Source: Modestobacter sp.
GTDB taxonomy: Bacteria > Actinomycetota > Actinomycetes > Mycobacteriales > Geodermatophilaceae
DNA length: 44,331 nucleotides
Assembly (NCBI GenBank): GCA_025966175.1
Contig: JAOPVN010000078.1
Location: 1 to 44,331 of the forward strand
Direction: 5' to 3'
In this document: positions 1-8,854 of the stretch, piece after piece
Numbering within the stretch: the stretch's first letter is position 1
Layout: each line of letters begins with the position of its first letter
Position numbers and translations under genes: made by a program
The notes under the pieces: model-generated
Database searches by the model: none
What the model saw: only the letters and a program-made list of their open reading frames with translations
What the model was told of the DNA's origin: nothing

Positions 1-806
1 CTCGTGGTGCTCAGCGCACCGGACAGCTCGGCGGTGACGTTGTGCTCGAGCTCGGCGGCGAGGCCGATCACCCCGGCCCGCTCGTGGGCGAGGGTGGCCA
101 TGGTGACGTCCCAGCCGCGGTGCAGCGGGCCCAGCAGGCTGCTCCGCGGCACCCGGACGTCGGTGAAGAAGACCTCGGCGAAGCCGGACTCGCCGGTGAT
201 CATCCGGATCGGCCGGCGCTCGATCCCGGGGGTGTCCATCCGGATGGTCAGCGCACTGATGCCGCGGTGCTTGGGTGCATCGGGGTCGGTGCGGGCCAGC
301 AGCAGGCAGTGCGTCGCCTCCATGCCCTCCGACGTCCAGATCTTCTGCCCGTTGATGACGAAGTCATCGCCGTCGGCCACCGCCCGGGTGCGCAGTGACG
401 CCAGGTCACTGCCGGCACCCGGCTCGCTGAACCCCTGGCACCAGATCTCCTCGGTGGTGAGGATCCGCGGCAGGGAGGTCTGCTGCTCCTCGCTGCCGAA
501 GGCCATCAGGGCCGGGCCCACGTTGTTGATGCCCAGGACGCCGGCGAGCACGGGTGCCCAGGCAGCGGCCAGCTCCAGGCCGCAGGCGACCCGGTCCCGG
601 ACCCCCAGGCCCCGGCCGCCGAACTCCTCCGGCCAGCCGAGCGCGGCCCACCCGCCGGCGGCCAGCGTCCGCTGCCAGTCCAGCCGCGCGTCGAACGACG
701 TCGACCGCCCCCACCGGGCGCGCAGGTCGCCACTGGTCTCGGCCAGGAAGTCCCGTAGTTCCTGGACCACCTTCGGTGGAGCCGGCCGTGCAGCCGCGTC
801 GGTCAC
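1..806 (-). CDS. Acyl-CoA dehydrogenase (FadE/ChsE-type), 3' part outside window
   Basis: Not in the ORF track because it runs off the edge. Manual translation gives WQRTLAAGGWAALGWPEEFGGRG, IWCQGFSEPGAGSDLASLRT, INGQKIWTS, FAEVFFTDV, TLAHER. Start is GTG at 806 with GGAG SD; in-frame ATG at 818 is the alternative. Confidence 0.92.
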   Translation of the reverse strand, partial: MTDAAARPAPPKVVQELRDFLAETSGDLRARWGRSTSFDARLDWQRTLAAGGWAALGWPEEFGGRGLGVRDRVACGLELAAAWAPVLAGVLGINNVGPALMAFGSEEQQTSLPRILTTEEIWCQGFSEPGAGSDLASLRTRAVADGDDFVINGQKIWTSEGMEATHCLLLARTDPDAPKHRGISALTIRMDTPGIERRPIRMITGESGFAEVFFTDVRVPRSSLLGPLHRGWDVTMATLAHERAGVIGLAAELEHNVTAELSGALSTT

Positions 807-857
807 TGGGCTCTCCATCCCCGTCCGGTCAGCCGCGGCCGAACGGCCACCGGGTCT

Positions 858-875
858 GTCTGACATCGTGTACAC
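858..875 (-). promoter_or_regulatory. Putative operator, TG-N8-GTCAGA motif
   Basis: Minus strand GTGTACACGATGTCAGAC in the divergent ACAD/crotonase intergenic region. Confidence 0.55.
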
Positions 876-953
876 ATCAGCGGACTGGCGACACGGTAGC
901 TCCTGGCGACCGCTGTCCGCCAACCCCCCACCCACCATTCCGGCACGGGTCGA

Positions 954-983
954 GGGCGTCGTGGACCGCGGTCCACGACGCCC
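954..983. repeat. Perfect 30-bp palindrome
   Basis: GGGCGTCGTGGACCG|CGGTCCACGACGCCC with no spacer, upstream of the crotonase gene. Confidence 0.85.
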
Positions 984-1051
984 GCACCTCCGCCGGGCGC
1001 CCCGCCCGGCCGACCGCGCCGGGACCCCACGCGAGGAAGGCACGGACGACG

Positions 1052-1864
1052 ATGTCAGCACCGGCAGACGCAGCGACCCCCGCTCCGAAGGTCCTGGTGG
1101 AACGGCGGGGGCACGTCCTCGTCGTCACCCTGAACCGGCCCCAGGCACGCAACGCCGTCGACCAGGACGTCTGCCTGCTGGTCGGGGACGCCGTCGAGCA
1201 GGCCGAGCACGACCCCGGGATCCGGGCCCTCGTGCTGACCGGAGCCGGGGACGCGGCGTTCAGCGCGGGCGCGGACCTGAAGGCCATCGCCCGGGGCGAG
1301 CGCATCCTCCCCGAGGGCAAGGAGCACTGGAGCTTCGCCGGGTTCGTCAACCACGTGACGTCGAAGCCCACGATCGCTGCGGTCAACGGTGCGGCGCTCG
1401 GCGGCGGCACCGAGCTGGCGCTCTCCTGCGACCTGGTGGTGGCCAGCGAGACCGCGACCTTCGGGCTGCCGGAGGTCATGCGGGGGCTGATCGCCGCGGC
1501 CGGTGGCGCCTTCCGGCTGATGGCCCAGCTGCCGCCCAAGGTGGCCATGCACGCGCTGCTCACCGGGGTGCCGCTCAGCGCGGAGGAGGCACTGCGCTGG
1601 GGGCTGGTCAACCAGGTGGTGGCCGCCGGCACGGCGCTGGACCGGGCGCTGGAGCTCGCCGACCGGATCGCGGCGAACGCGCCGCTGGCCGTGCAGGCCT
1701 CCAAGCGCATCGCCTACGGGATCGAGGACGGAACCCGTCCGGACGAGGCCCGGCTGTGGGCGCTCACCGAGCGCGAGATGGCGGCCGTGGCCACCTCGGA
1801 GGACGCCAAGGAGGGCCCCCGGGCCTTCGCCGAGAAGCGCGCTCCGGAGTGGCAGGCCCGCTGA
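1052..1864 (+). CDS. Enoyl-CoA hydratase (crotonase family)
   Basis: ATG at 1052 after GAGGAAGG. Motifs TLNRP, FSAGADLK, AAVNGAALGGGTE, FGLPEV; both catalytic Glu present. Confidence 0.95.
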   Translation: MSAPADAATPAPKVLVERRGHVLVVTLNRPQARNAVDQDVCLLVGDAVEQAEHDPGIRALVLTGAGDAAFSAGADLKAIARGERILPEGKEHWSFAGFVNHVTSKPTIAAVNGAALGGGTELALSCDLVVASETATFGLPEVMRGLIAAAGGAFRLMAQLPPKVAMHALLTGVPLSAEEALRWGLVNQVVAAGTALDRALELADRIAANAPLAVQASKRIAYGIEDGTRPDEARLWALTEREMAAVATSEDAKEGPRAFAEKRAPEWQAR

Positions 1865-1868
1865 CCGA

Positions 1869-1903
1869 CGCGTCGCCGGCCCGATCCCGGGGCCGGCGAC
1901 GCG
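1869..1903. terminator. Stem-loop between convergent genes
   Basis: 14-bp arms CGCGTCGCCGGCCC / GGGCCGGCGACGCG. Confidence 0.7.
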
Positions 1904-1915
1904 GTCGTACCCGGC

Positions 1916-3415
1916 TCAGGACGGGGTGGGCACCGTGCTGAACTCGCGGGGCAGCTGACGGCGCAGCAGCTTGCCGGTGTCGGTGTGCGGGAGCTCGTCG
2001 CGGAAGATGATCCGGTCCGGGGTCTTGGCCGAGCGGAGCTGGCTGCGCACCCACTCCCGCAGGACCTCGACGTCGCACTGCGCGCCCGTGGCGGGGACGA
2101 CGACCGCGGCCAGGCACTCGCCCCACTCCTCGTCGGGCAGCCCGAGGACCGCGACCTCGGCGACGGCCGGGTGCCGCAGCAGCACGTCCTCGACCTCGGC
2201 CGGGGCGATGTTCTCCCCGCCGCGGATGATCACGTCGTCCGAGCGACCGAGCACGAACAGGTAGCCGTCCTCGTCCATCCGGGCCCGGTCACGGGTCGGG
2301 AACCAGCCCGCCTCGTCCAGCGCGGAGCCCAGCCCCTCGTACTCGCCGGACACCTGCTCGCCGCGGACCCAGAGCTCCCCCTCCTCGCCGGCGGGCACCA
2401 CCCGGTCGAAGTCGCGGACCTGTCCCTCGACCCCGGGGATCAGCCGGCCGACCGAGCCGAGTCGGGCCCGCACCGCCGGGTCGTCGCTGTCCAGCGCGAC
2501 CCGGTGGTCCTCCGGCCCGAGGACGGCGATCGTGGAACTGGTCTCCGTGAGTCCGTAGGCGTTGACGAAGTCGACGGTCGGGAAGGCCCGCAGCGCCCGC
2601 TCCAGGACCGGCTGCGGCATCCGGGCGCCGCCGTAGGCCAGCGTCCTGAGCGCCGGCAGCTCCGGGACGTCGTCGCCGATCTCGTCCAGGATCCGGGCCA
2701 GCATGGTGGGGACCACCATCGCGAAGGTGACCTGCTCCTCGCGGACCAGGTCCAGCCAGGCGCGCGGCGTGAAGTTCGGCAGGTACAGCAGCCGACGCCC
2801 CGCGAAGACGTTGGTCAGCACGGTGCCGACCCCGGCGACGTGGTACGTCGGCACGCTGACCAGGGCGGCGTCGCCCTCGGCGGCGCTACCGGGCTCGACG
2901 GTCTGCAGCACGTAGGACTGCAGGTTCTGGTGGCGGAGCACGACGCACTTCGGCGCCGCGGTGGTGCCACTGGTGAACAGCAGCACCGCCGGATCGCCGT
3001 CGTCGACGTCGGGCAGGTCGGCGGCGGGCTCGGTGGCACACCGACGCATCCACTCGTCGGTGCTGAGGACCGGCAGGTCAGCCCCGGCCAGCACCGACAG
3101 GTAGGCCTCGTCCACGATGACCAGCGGCGCGTCCAGCCGCCCGAGCAGCTCGCGCAGCTGGCCCTCGGCCAACCGGTAGTTCAGCGGCGCGATCGGCACG
3201 CCCGCGCGCGCGGCGGCGAACATCGCCACCGGGAAGGCCGAGCCGTTCACCCCGATGAAGGCGACCGACCGAGCGCCGCTGGCGACGATCACGGCAGCGC
3301 CGCCCACCGTGAGCCGGCTGAGCCCCTCCGCGGTGATCTGCTCGTCGCGCAGGCCGACGGCCAGCCGCTCCGGGTCCATCGACTCGGCGAGGTCCAGCAG
3401 CAGGGTGATGGCCAT
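1916..3415 (-). CDS. Class I adenylate-forming acyl-CoA ligase (FadD-like)
   Basis: FTSGTTAAPK, YGLTE, TRD, IIRGGENI, HTDTGKL motifs. Confidence 0.95.
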   Translation of the reverse strand: MAITLLLDLAESMDPERLAVGLRDEQITAEGLSRLTVGGAAVIVASGARSVAFIGVNGSAFPVAMFAAARAGVPIAPLNYRLAEGQLRELLGRLDAPLVIVDEAYLSVLAGADLPVLSTDEWMRRCATEPAADLPDVDDGDPAVLLFTSGTTAAPKCVVLRHQNLQSYVLQTVEPGSAAEGDAALVSVPTYHVAGVGTVLTNVFAGRRLLYLPNFTPRAWLDLVREEQVTFAMVVPTMLARILDEIGDDVPELPALRTLAYGGARMPQPVLERALRAFPTVDFVNAYGLTETSSTIAVLGPEDHRVALDSDDPAVRARLGSVGRLIPGVEGQVRDFDRVVPAGEEGELWVRGEQVSGEYEGLGSALDEAGWFPTRDRARMDEDGYLFVLGRSDDVIIRGGENIAPAEVEDVLLRHPAVAEVAVLGLPDEEWGECLAAVVVPATGAQCDVEVLREWVRSQLRSAKTPDRIIFRDELPHTDTGKLLRRQLPREFSTVPTPS

Positions 3416-3433
3416 GCTCGTCTCCTCCTGGTC

Positions 3434-3742
3434 TCAGTCGCTGGCCGGCAGCGGCTTGGCCTGCTTGAGGCCGAGCCCCACCCCGTCGAGCGCGAGCGTC
3501 CCGACGCCCGGCTTGGTGACCAGCAGCTCGATGCGGTCGTCGGGATCGGTGTACCGCTTGCCGAGCAGCGTGCTGTCCGAGGCAGTCTCGGCGACGGTCA
3601 GCCCCTCTGCCGGAGCATCGCCGGCGGGGATCATCGGCTGTCCACCGCAGGCCAGGCCGAGGTCGCCACCGGGCGACTTCACGACGACGACCTCGGTGGG
3701 ACCGACCTGGCTGCGCAGGCGCGTGCCGGGCTTCAACTCCAT
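3434..3742 (-). CDS. Small hypothetical protein (102 aa) with internal two-fold repeat
   Basis: ATG at 3742 with GGAGG SD; ends 18 bp upstream of the ligase gene. Confidence 0.8.
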   Translation of the reverse strand: MELKPGTRLRSQVGPTEVVVVKSPGGDLGLACGGQPMIPAGDAPAEGLTVAETASDSTLLGKRYTDPDDRIELLVTKPGVGTLALDGVGLGLKQAKPLPASD

Positions 3743-3786
3743 GGGGACCTCCAAGCGTCCAGTGTTGTCGGTGGCCGGCGACGGGC

Positions 3787-3875
3787 TGCCGCGCATGTCA
3801 GACAGCCGATCGGGCCAGCACCAGTGCACAGCATGTCAGATAGTGAGTCAGATGACATGTACATGGCGCCAGAAA
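3787..3875 (+). promoter_or_regulatory. Array of putative operator sites in divergent promoter
   Basis: TGCCGCGCATGTCAGAC (3787), TGCACAGCATGTCAGAT (3825), half-site GTCAGAT (3847), TGTACATGGCGCCAGAAA (3858). Confidence 0.65.
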
Positions 3876-3982
3876 CAAGTGCCCCCCACGTTGACCCCCG
3901 TCCGTGCGCGTGGCTACGGTCACACCGAGTCGCGGCGATCTGGTGTCCGCCGACGCTGGAGCAACCTCGCGGGAGAGCACAG

Positions 3983-5200
3983 ATGAGCAACGTCATGCAG
4001 GGTGTCCGGGTCATCGAACTGGCGGGGTGGACGTTCGTCCCGTCGGCCGGTGCCGTCCTCGCCGACTGGGGCGCGGACGTTATCAAGATCGAGCACCCCG
4101 AGACCGGTGATCCCCAGCGCGGCCTGAACGTGGGGGCCCTGGGCACGGCCGGTCCCGGCGGGGTCAGCTTCATGATGGAGCAGCCCAACCGGGGGAAGAA
4201 GAGCGTCGGTCTCGACGTCGCCAGCGAGGCCGGCCGGGCCCTGCTGCTGCGGCTCATCGCCGGCGCCGACGTCTTCCTCACCAACCTGCTGCCGGGCAGC
4301 CTCGAGCGCCTGCGGCTGTCGGTCGAGGACGTCCGCGCGGTGAATCCCTCGGTCGTCTACGCACGGGGCACCGGGTACGGCGTCCGTGGCCCGGAGGCCA
4401 ACTCCGGTGGCTTCGACTCCGCGGTGTACTGGAGCCGGGCCGGCATCGCCGCCATGCTGCAGGGCCCCGACGCGGAGTTCCCGCCGTTCCAGCGGCCGGC
4501 GTTCGGCGACATCATGGGCGGGCTGACCCTGGCGGGCGGCATCTCCGCGGCGCTCTTCAAGCGCGAGCGGACGGGCGAGGGCTCGGTGCTCGACGTCTCA
4601 CTCATGGGGCTGGGCGTCTGGAACGTCGCGCCGGACGTCACCGCGACGGCGCTCATGGGCGAGGAGAAGCTGACCCGCTTCAGCGTCAAGGACATGCCCA
4701 ACCCGCTGATGAACTACTACCAGACCAGCGACGGCCGCTGGCTGCAGCTGATGATGCTGCAGGCCGACCGGTTCTGGCCGGACGTCTGCGCGATCATCGA
4801 CCGCCCCGACTTCGTCGACGACCCGCGGTTCGCCAAGGCGGGAGCGCGCTTCGAGAACCGGGTGGAGTGCATCGAGGAGCTGCGCAAGGCCTTCGCCGGC
4901 CGTCCGCTGGCCGAGTGGCGCGAGCGCTTCACCATCACCAAGGGCGTCTGGGCCGTGCTGCAGACCCCGGCCGAGGTGCTCGAGGACCCGCAGGTGGTCG
5001 CCAACGGCTACGTCCGGCCGGTGACCACCGAGGAGGGGTTCGAGTACCACCTCGTCGCCAACCCGGTGCAGTTCGACGAGACCCCGCCGGACCTGGTCCG
5101 GGCGCCCGACCACGGTCAGCACACCGACGAGGTGCTCCTGGACCTGGGCCTGGACTACGACGAGATCATCGAGCTGAAGACCTCCTCCGTCATCCTCTGA
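3983..5200 (+). CDS. Class III CoA-transferase (CaiB/BaiF family)
   Basis: ATG at 3983 after GGAG. LADWGADVIKIE, NRGKKS, FGDIMGG (catalytic Asp), APDHGQHTDEVL. Confidence 0.95.
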   Translation: MSNVMQGVRVIELAGWTFVPSAGAVLADWGADVIKIEHPETGDPQRGLNVGALGTAGPGGVSFMMEQPNRGKKSVGLDVASEAGRALLLRLIAGADVFLTNLLPGSLERLRLSVEDVRAVNPSVVYARGTGYGVRGPEANSGGFDSAVYWSRAGIAAMLQGPDAEFPPFQRPAFGDIMGGLTLAGGISAALFKRERTGEGSVLDVSLMGLGVWNVAPDVTATALMGEEKLTRFSVKDMPNPLMNYYQTSDGRWLQLMMLQADRFWPDVCAIIDRPDFVDDPRFAKAGARFENRVECIEELRKAFAGRPLAEWRERFTITKGVWAVLQTPAEVLEDPQVVANGYVRPVTTEEGFEYHLVANPVQFDETPPDLVRAPDHGQHTDEVLLDLGLDYDEIIELKTSSVIL

Positions 5201-5211
5201 GCCACCGTCGA

Positions 5212-5243
5212 GGATCGGCCGGGTCGCCCGACCCGGCCGATCC
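5212..5243 (+). terminator. Strong intercistronic stem-loop
   Basis: GGATCGGCCGGGTCG-CC-CGACCCGGCCGATCC; no U-tract. Confidence 0.55.
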
Positions 5244-5347
5244 CGCACCCCACGGGACGCACTGACCCCCGCGGGCCGACGTCCCGGCCGCGCCCGTCGC
5301 TCCGGGCGCGCGGCGACGCGGCCCCACCACGAGACCCCGGAGGGGCC

Positions 5348-6877
5348 ATGTACCCGGCGACGTTCGCCGCCTCCGCACCCGACCGGCCCGCCGTCGTCAT
5401 GGCCGGCAGCGGCGAGGTCGTCACCTACCGCCAGCTGGACGAGCGGTCCAACCGGGCGGCGCACCTGTTCCGCGACCTGGGCCTGCGGCCCGGGGACGTC
5501 GTGGCGATCTGCATGGAGAACAACGCTCGGTACCACGAGGTCTACTGGGGCACCCGCCGCTCCGGGCTCTACGTCGTCCCGCTCAACCCGGCGCTCACCC
5601 CCGCCGAGGCCGGCTACGTGCTGGCCGACAGCGGTGCCCGGGTGCTGGTGATGAGCCAGGCGACCGCCGGGCTGGCGGCCGGGCTGACCCCGGACGCGGC
5701 TCCCGGCGTGGCGACCCGGCTGATGATCGGACCGGACCTGCCGGGCTGGGACTCCTACGCCGATGCCGTCGCGAGCCGGCCGGTGACCCCGATCGACGAC
5801 GAGTGCGAGGGCGACCTGCTCCAGTACTCCAGCGGGACCACCGGGCGACCGAAGGGGATCAAGCGGGAGTTCCGGTCACAGCCCATCTCGCTGGCGTCCG
5901 ACCCGACGATCGCGTTCCTCCGGGCCATCGGCTTCGAGGAGGGCGACGTCTACCTCTCCCCCGCGCCGCTGTACCACACCGCCCCCATCGTCTGGTCCAG
6001 TGCGATCCACCGGGTAGGCGGCACCTCGGTGGTCATGGAGCGCTTCGACGCCGAGCAGGCCCTGGGCGCCATCGAGCGGCACCGGGTCACCCACAGCCTG
6101 ATGGTCCCCACGATGTTCGTCCGGATGCTCAAGCTGCCGGCCGAGCGACGGGAACGGTGGGACGTGTCGAGCCTGCGCACCGTCGTCCATGCCGCCGCGC
6201 CGTGCCCGGTGGAGATCAAGCGCGCCATGATCGACTGGTGGGGGCCGATCCTCTCGGAGTTCTACAGCTCCTCGGAGCTGATCGGCGCCACCTTCATCAC
6301 CACGCCGGAGTGGCTGGCCCATCCGGGATCGGTCGGCCGCCCGATGCTCGGGGTGCCGCACGTCGTCGGTGCGGACGGCGCGGAACTGCCGACCGGCGGC
6401 ACGGGGCAGATCTGGTTCGAGGGCGGCAGGCCCTTCACGTACCTGCACGACGAGACCAAGACCAGCGAGGCCTTCGACGCCCGCGGCTGGGCCACGGTCG
6501 GCGACATCGGGCACCTGGACGAGGACGGCTACCTCTACCTCACCGACCGGACGGCGTTCACGATCATTTCCGGCGGGGTGAACATCTACCCCCAGGAGGC
6601 CGAGAACCTCCTCGTCGAGCACCCCGCCGTACTCGACGCCGCCGTCTTCGGGGTGCCACACCCGGAGATGGGCGAGCAGGTGCAGGCCGTCGTCCAGCCC
6701 GTCGACTGGTCGCGCGCCGGCGACGACCTCGAGGCCGAGCTCATCGAGTACTGCCGGAGTCGGCTGGCCGGCTACAAGTGCCCGCGGTCGATCGACTTCG
6801 CTCGGGAGCTGCCGCGCAGCGAGACCGGGAAGCTGCACAAGCGCGCTCTCCAGCAGGAGTACCGCTCCCGCTCCTGA
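5348..6877 (+). CDS. Acyl-CoA synthetase (FadD4-like)
   Basis: YSSGTTGRPKG, PAPLYH, VGDIG, IISGGVNIYP, RSETGKL. Confidence 0.95.
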   Translation: MYPATFAASAPDRPAVVMAGSGEVVTYRQLDERSNRAAHLFRDLGLRPGDVVAICMENNARYHEVYWGTRRSGLYVVPLNPALTPAEAGYVLADSGARVLVMSQATAGLAAGLTPDAAPGVATRLMIGPDLPGWDSYADAVASRPVTPIDDECEGDLLQYSSGTTGRPKGIKREFRSQPISLASDPTIAFLRAIGFEEGDVYLSPAPLYHTAPIVWSSAIHRVGGTSVVMERFDAEQALGAIERHRVTHSLMVPTMFVRMLKLPAERRERWDVSSLRTVVHAAAPCPVEIKRAMIDWWGPILSEFYSSSELIGATFITTPEWLAHPGSVGRPMLGVPHVVGADGAELPTGGTGQIWFEGGRPFTYLHDETKTSEAFDARGWATVGDIGHLDEDGYLYLTDRTAFTIISGGVNIYPQEAENLLVEHPAVLDAAVFGVPHPEMGEQVQAVVQPVDWSRAGDDLEAELIEYCRSRLAGYKCPRSIDFARELPRSETGKLHKRALQQEYRSRS

Positions 6878-6919
6878 CGCACGAGCCCACTCCCCCACCG
6901 CCGTCCCCGGAGGACAACC

Positions 6920-7600
6920 GTGCAGCTGGCCACCCTGGTCGACCCCGCGCACACCGCCGTGCTCGTCTCGGAGATGCAGCGCGGCATCGCCGGCGACCTC
7001 GCCGCCGGACCGCTCGCCGTGCTGGCGACCGCGGTGCGTGAGCACGGGGTCGCCGACGCCCTCGCCACACTGCTCGACGGCGCCCGCCGCGCCGGGGTCG
7101 ACGTGGTGCACGCGACCATCCAGTACCGACCCGACCGGGCCGGGGTCAGCATGAACACGCCGTTCCTGGCCGTCAGCCTGCGCGATCCCGACCACCTGCT
7201 GGTCGGCTCGGACCAGGCAGAGGTCATGCCCGAGCTGGGCCCGGCACCGACGGACATCGTGCACGCCCGCACCCACGGGATGTCCGCGTTCACCGGCACC
7301 GACCTGGACGTGATCCTCCGCAGCCGGGGCATCCGCACGCTGGTCATCGGCGGCGTCTCGCTGAACGAGGCGATCATCGGCGCGGCCATCGAGGCCGCGA
7401 ACCTGGGCTACCGGCTGGTGATCCTGCGCGACGGGAGCCTCGGCGTCCCGTACCAGTTCGGCGAGGACATGCTCCGGCACGCGTTCGCCCTGCTGGGCAC
7501 CGTCACCACGACCACCGCCGTCCTGGAGGCCTGGCAGGCCTCCACCCTCCCCGCCGGACCACCGGCCTCCCCCTCGACCGCCGCGGAGGCGCTCTCGTGA
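6920..7600 (+). CDS. Isochorismatase/cysteine-hydrolase family protein lacking the catalytic Cys
   Basis: TAVLVSEMQRG, SAFTGTDLDVILRSRGIRTLVIGGVSLNEAI, AANLGY. GTG start after GGAGG. Confidence 0.88.
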   Translation: MQLATLVDPAHTAVLVSEMQRGIAGDLAAGPLAVLATAVREHGVADALATLLDGARRAGVDVVHATIQYRPDRAGVSMNTPFLAVSLRDPDHLLVGSDQAEVMPELGPAPTDIVHARTHGMSAFTGTDLDVILRSRGIRTLVIGGVSLNEAIIGAAIEAANLGYRLVILRDGSLGVPYQFGEDMLRHAFALLGTVTTTTAVLEAWQASTLPAGPPASPSTAAEALS

Positions 7601-8514
7601 AGTTCTGTCTGCAGTTCCCCATGCGTGCGCTCAAGCACTGGGACACCTGGATCGACGGGCACGGGCTCGGTGACGTCGCGGCCGCCGCCGAGGACGCCGG
7701 GTTCGACATGGTCTCCACCACCGACCACCCGTTCCCCAGCCAGGCCTGGCTCGAGGCGGGCGGCCACCACGCCTTCGACCCGTTCGTGTCGCTGGCGTTC
7801 ATGGCCGCCGCGACCACCCGGCTGCGCCTGCTGACCATGATCGTGGTCGCCGGCCACCGGCACCCCTACATCACCGCCAAGGCGGCCGGCAGCCTGGACA
7901 ACCTCTCCGGTGGCCGGCTGGTGCTCGGCATGGGCGCCGGCTACCAGCAGCCGGAGTTCGAGGTGGTGGGCGGTTCGTTCACCGACCGCGGCAAGCGCTT
8001 CGACGCCAGCATCCCGGCGCTGCGGGCGGCCTGGACCGGTGAGGTGCTCGACCGCGACGACGAGTACTTCCCGGCGCACGGGCACGTGATGCTCCCGCGG
8101 CCGGCCCAGGCGGGTGGACCGCCGATCTGGATCGGTGGGAACAGCAACGTCGCCTTGCGCCGGGTCGCCGAGCTCGCCGACGGCTGGATCCCGATCGAGC
8201 AGTCGGAGGAGGCCAGCGCCATCACCAAGACCCCCGCGCTCGGGTCGGCGGACCAGCTGGCCGAGCGGATCGCGGAGCTGCGTGAGCGCCGGCGCGCGGC
8301 CGGCCGGTCGACCGACGTGGACGTGTGCTTCGCACCGTTGGGACGGCGGGACCCCGACGGCAACGCCGAGGTGATCGCCGAGAACGTGGCCGCGTACGCA
8401 GCCGCGGGGGCGACGCACCTGCTGGTGGAGTCCCGGGCCCGCAGCTTCGCGGACTACCTGCGCGAGGTGGAGCTCTACCGCCCGCTCACCGGACAGGAGC
8501 TTCCGGTCGGCTGA
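7597..8514 (+). CDS. LLM-class, probably F420-dependent oxidoreductase (Rv2161c/TIGR03619-like)
   Basis: AEDAGFD, TDHP, DPFVSLAF, LDNLSGGRLVLGMGAG, PPIWIGGNS, ADGW. GTGA overlap with the upstream gene. Confidence 0.9.
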   Translation: MKFCLQFPMRALKHWDTWIDGHGLGDVAAAAEDAGFDMVSTTDHPFPSQAWLEAGGHHAFDPFVSLAFMAAATTRLRLLTMIVVAGHRHPYITAKAAGSLDNLSGGRLVLGMGAGYQQPEFEVVGGSFTDRGKRFDASIPALRAAWTGEVLDRDDEYFPAHGHVMLPRPAQAGGPPIWIGGNSNVALRRVAELADGWIPIEQSEEASAITKTPALGSADQLAERIAELRERRRAAGRSTDVDVCFAPLGRRDPDGNAEVIAENVAAYAAAGATHLLVESRARSFADYLREVELYRPLTGQELPVG

Positions 8515-8521
8515 CCGGACG

Positions 8522-8558
8522 ACCGGGGGCTGGGCACACGGAGTGCCCAGCCCCCGGT
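8522..8558. terminator. Stem-loop between convergent genes
   Basis: 16-bp arms ACCGGGGGCTGGGCAC / GTGCCCAGCCCCCGGT. Confidence 0.72.
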
Positions 8559-8575
8559 TCGTGCCGCGCGGATGC

Positions 8576-8764
8576 TCAGGCGGGCGGAGACCCTGCGTCC
8601 GGCGTCTGCTCCGCCTCGGGCTCGGCGGACCCCGAGTGCGCGGACTCCTCCGCCTCGACCCGCTCGGCGGCCGCGGCCTCCTTCTGGTGCGCAGCCACCC
8701 CGGCCTCCTGCGCGTGCAAGCTGAGCTCGTCGGTGATGGTCTGGCTGGTGTCCATGCCTGACAT
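8576..8764 (-). CDS. Small acidic hypothetical protein (62 aa)
   Basis: GAGGAG SD before ATG, GC3-rich codons, ends just before the hairpin. Confidence 0.55.
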   Translation of the reverse strand: MSGMDTSQTITDELSLHAQEAGVAAHQKEAAAAERVEAEESAHSGSAEPEAEQTPDAGSPPA

Positions 8765-8854
8765 GTGTCTCCTCGTGGGTGTCTCGGCGATCGGCCGGAT
8801 CGCCTGGGCGGGAAGCCACCGGGCCGTCGGCCCGGTCGACCGGCTGCGCGCGGA

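Noticed and set aside
1044-1060. Extra operator-like matches GGACGACGATGTCAGC (1044), CTGACAGTTC (25356) and GTCAGAT (about 31577)
   Set aside because: They have an imperfect strong half-site or lie in coding sequence, so they were not counted as sites without a PWM score.
4-1941. 645-aa ORF and other long overlapping ORFs (e.g. 19248-22148, 32540-34537, 37444-39447, 40654-42486)
   Set aside because: Antisense or off-frame shadows of motif-bearing genes; Arg/Pro/Gly-rich with no domain motifs, typical of high-GC DNA.
1985-5200. Apparent 1071-aa fusion ORF, and similarly extended ORFs (22023, 25022, 26368-28812, 34957, 36734-38476, 39462-40520)
   Set aside because: The N-terminal extensions overlap other real genes; true starts with SD or stop/start overlaps lie downstream.
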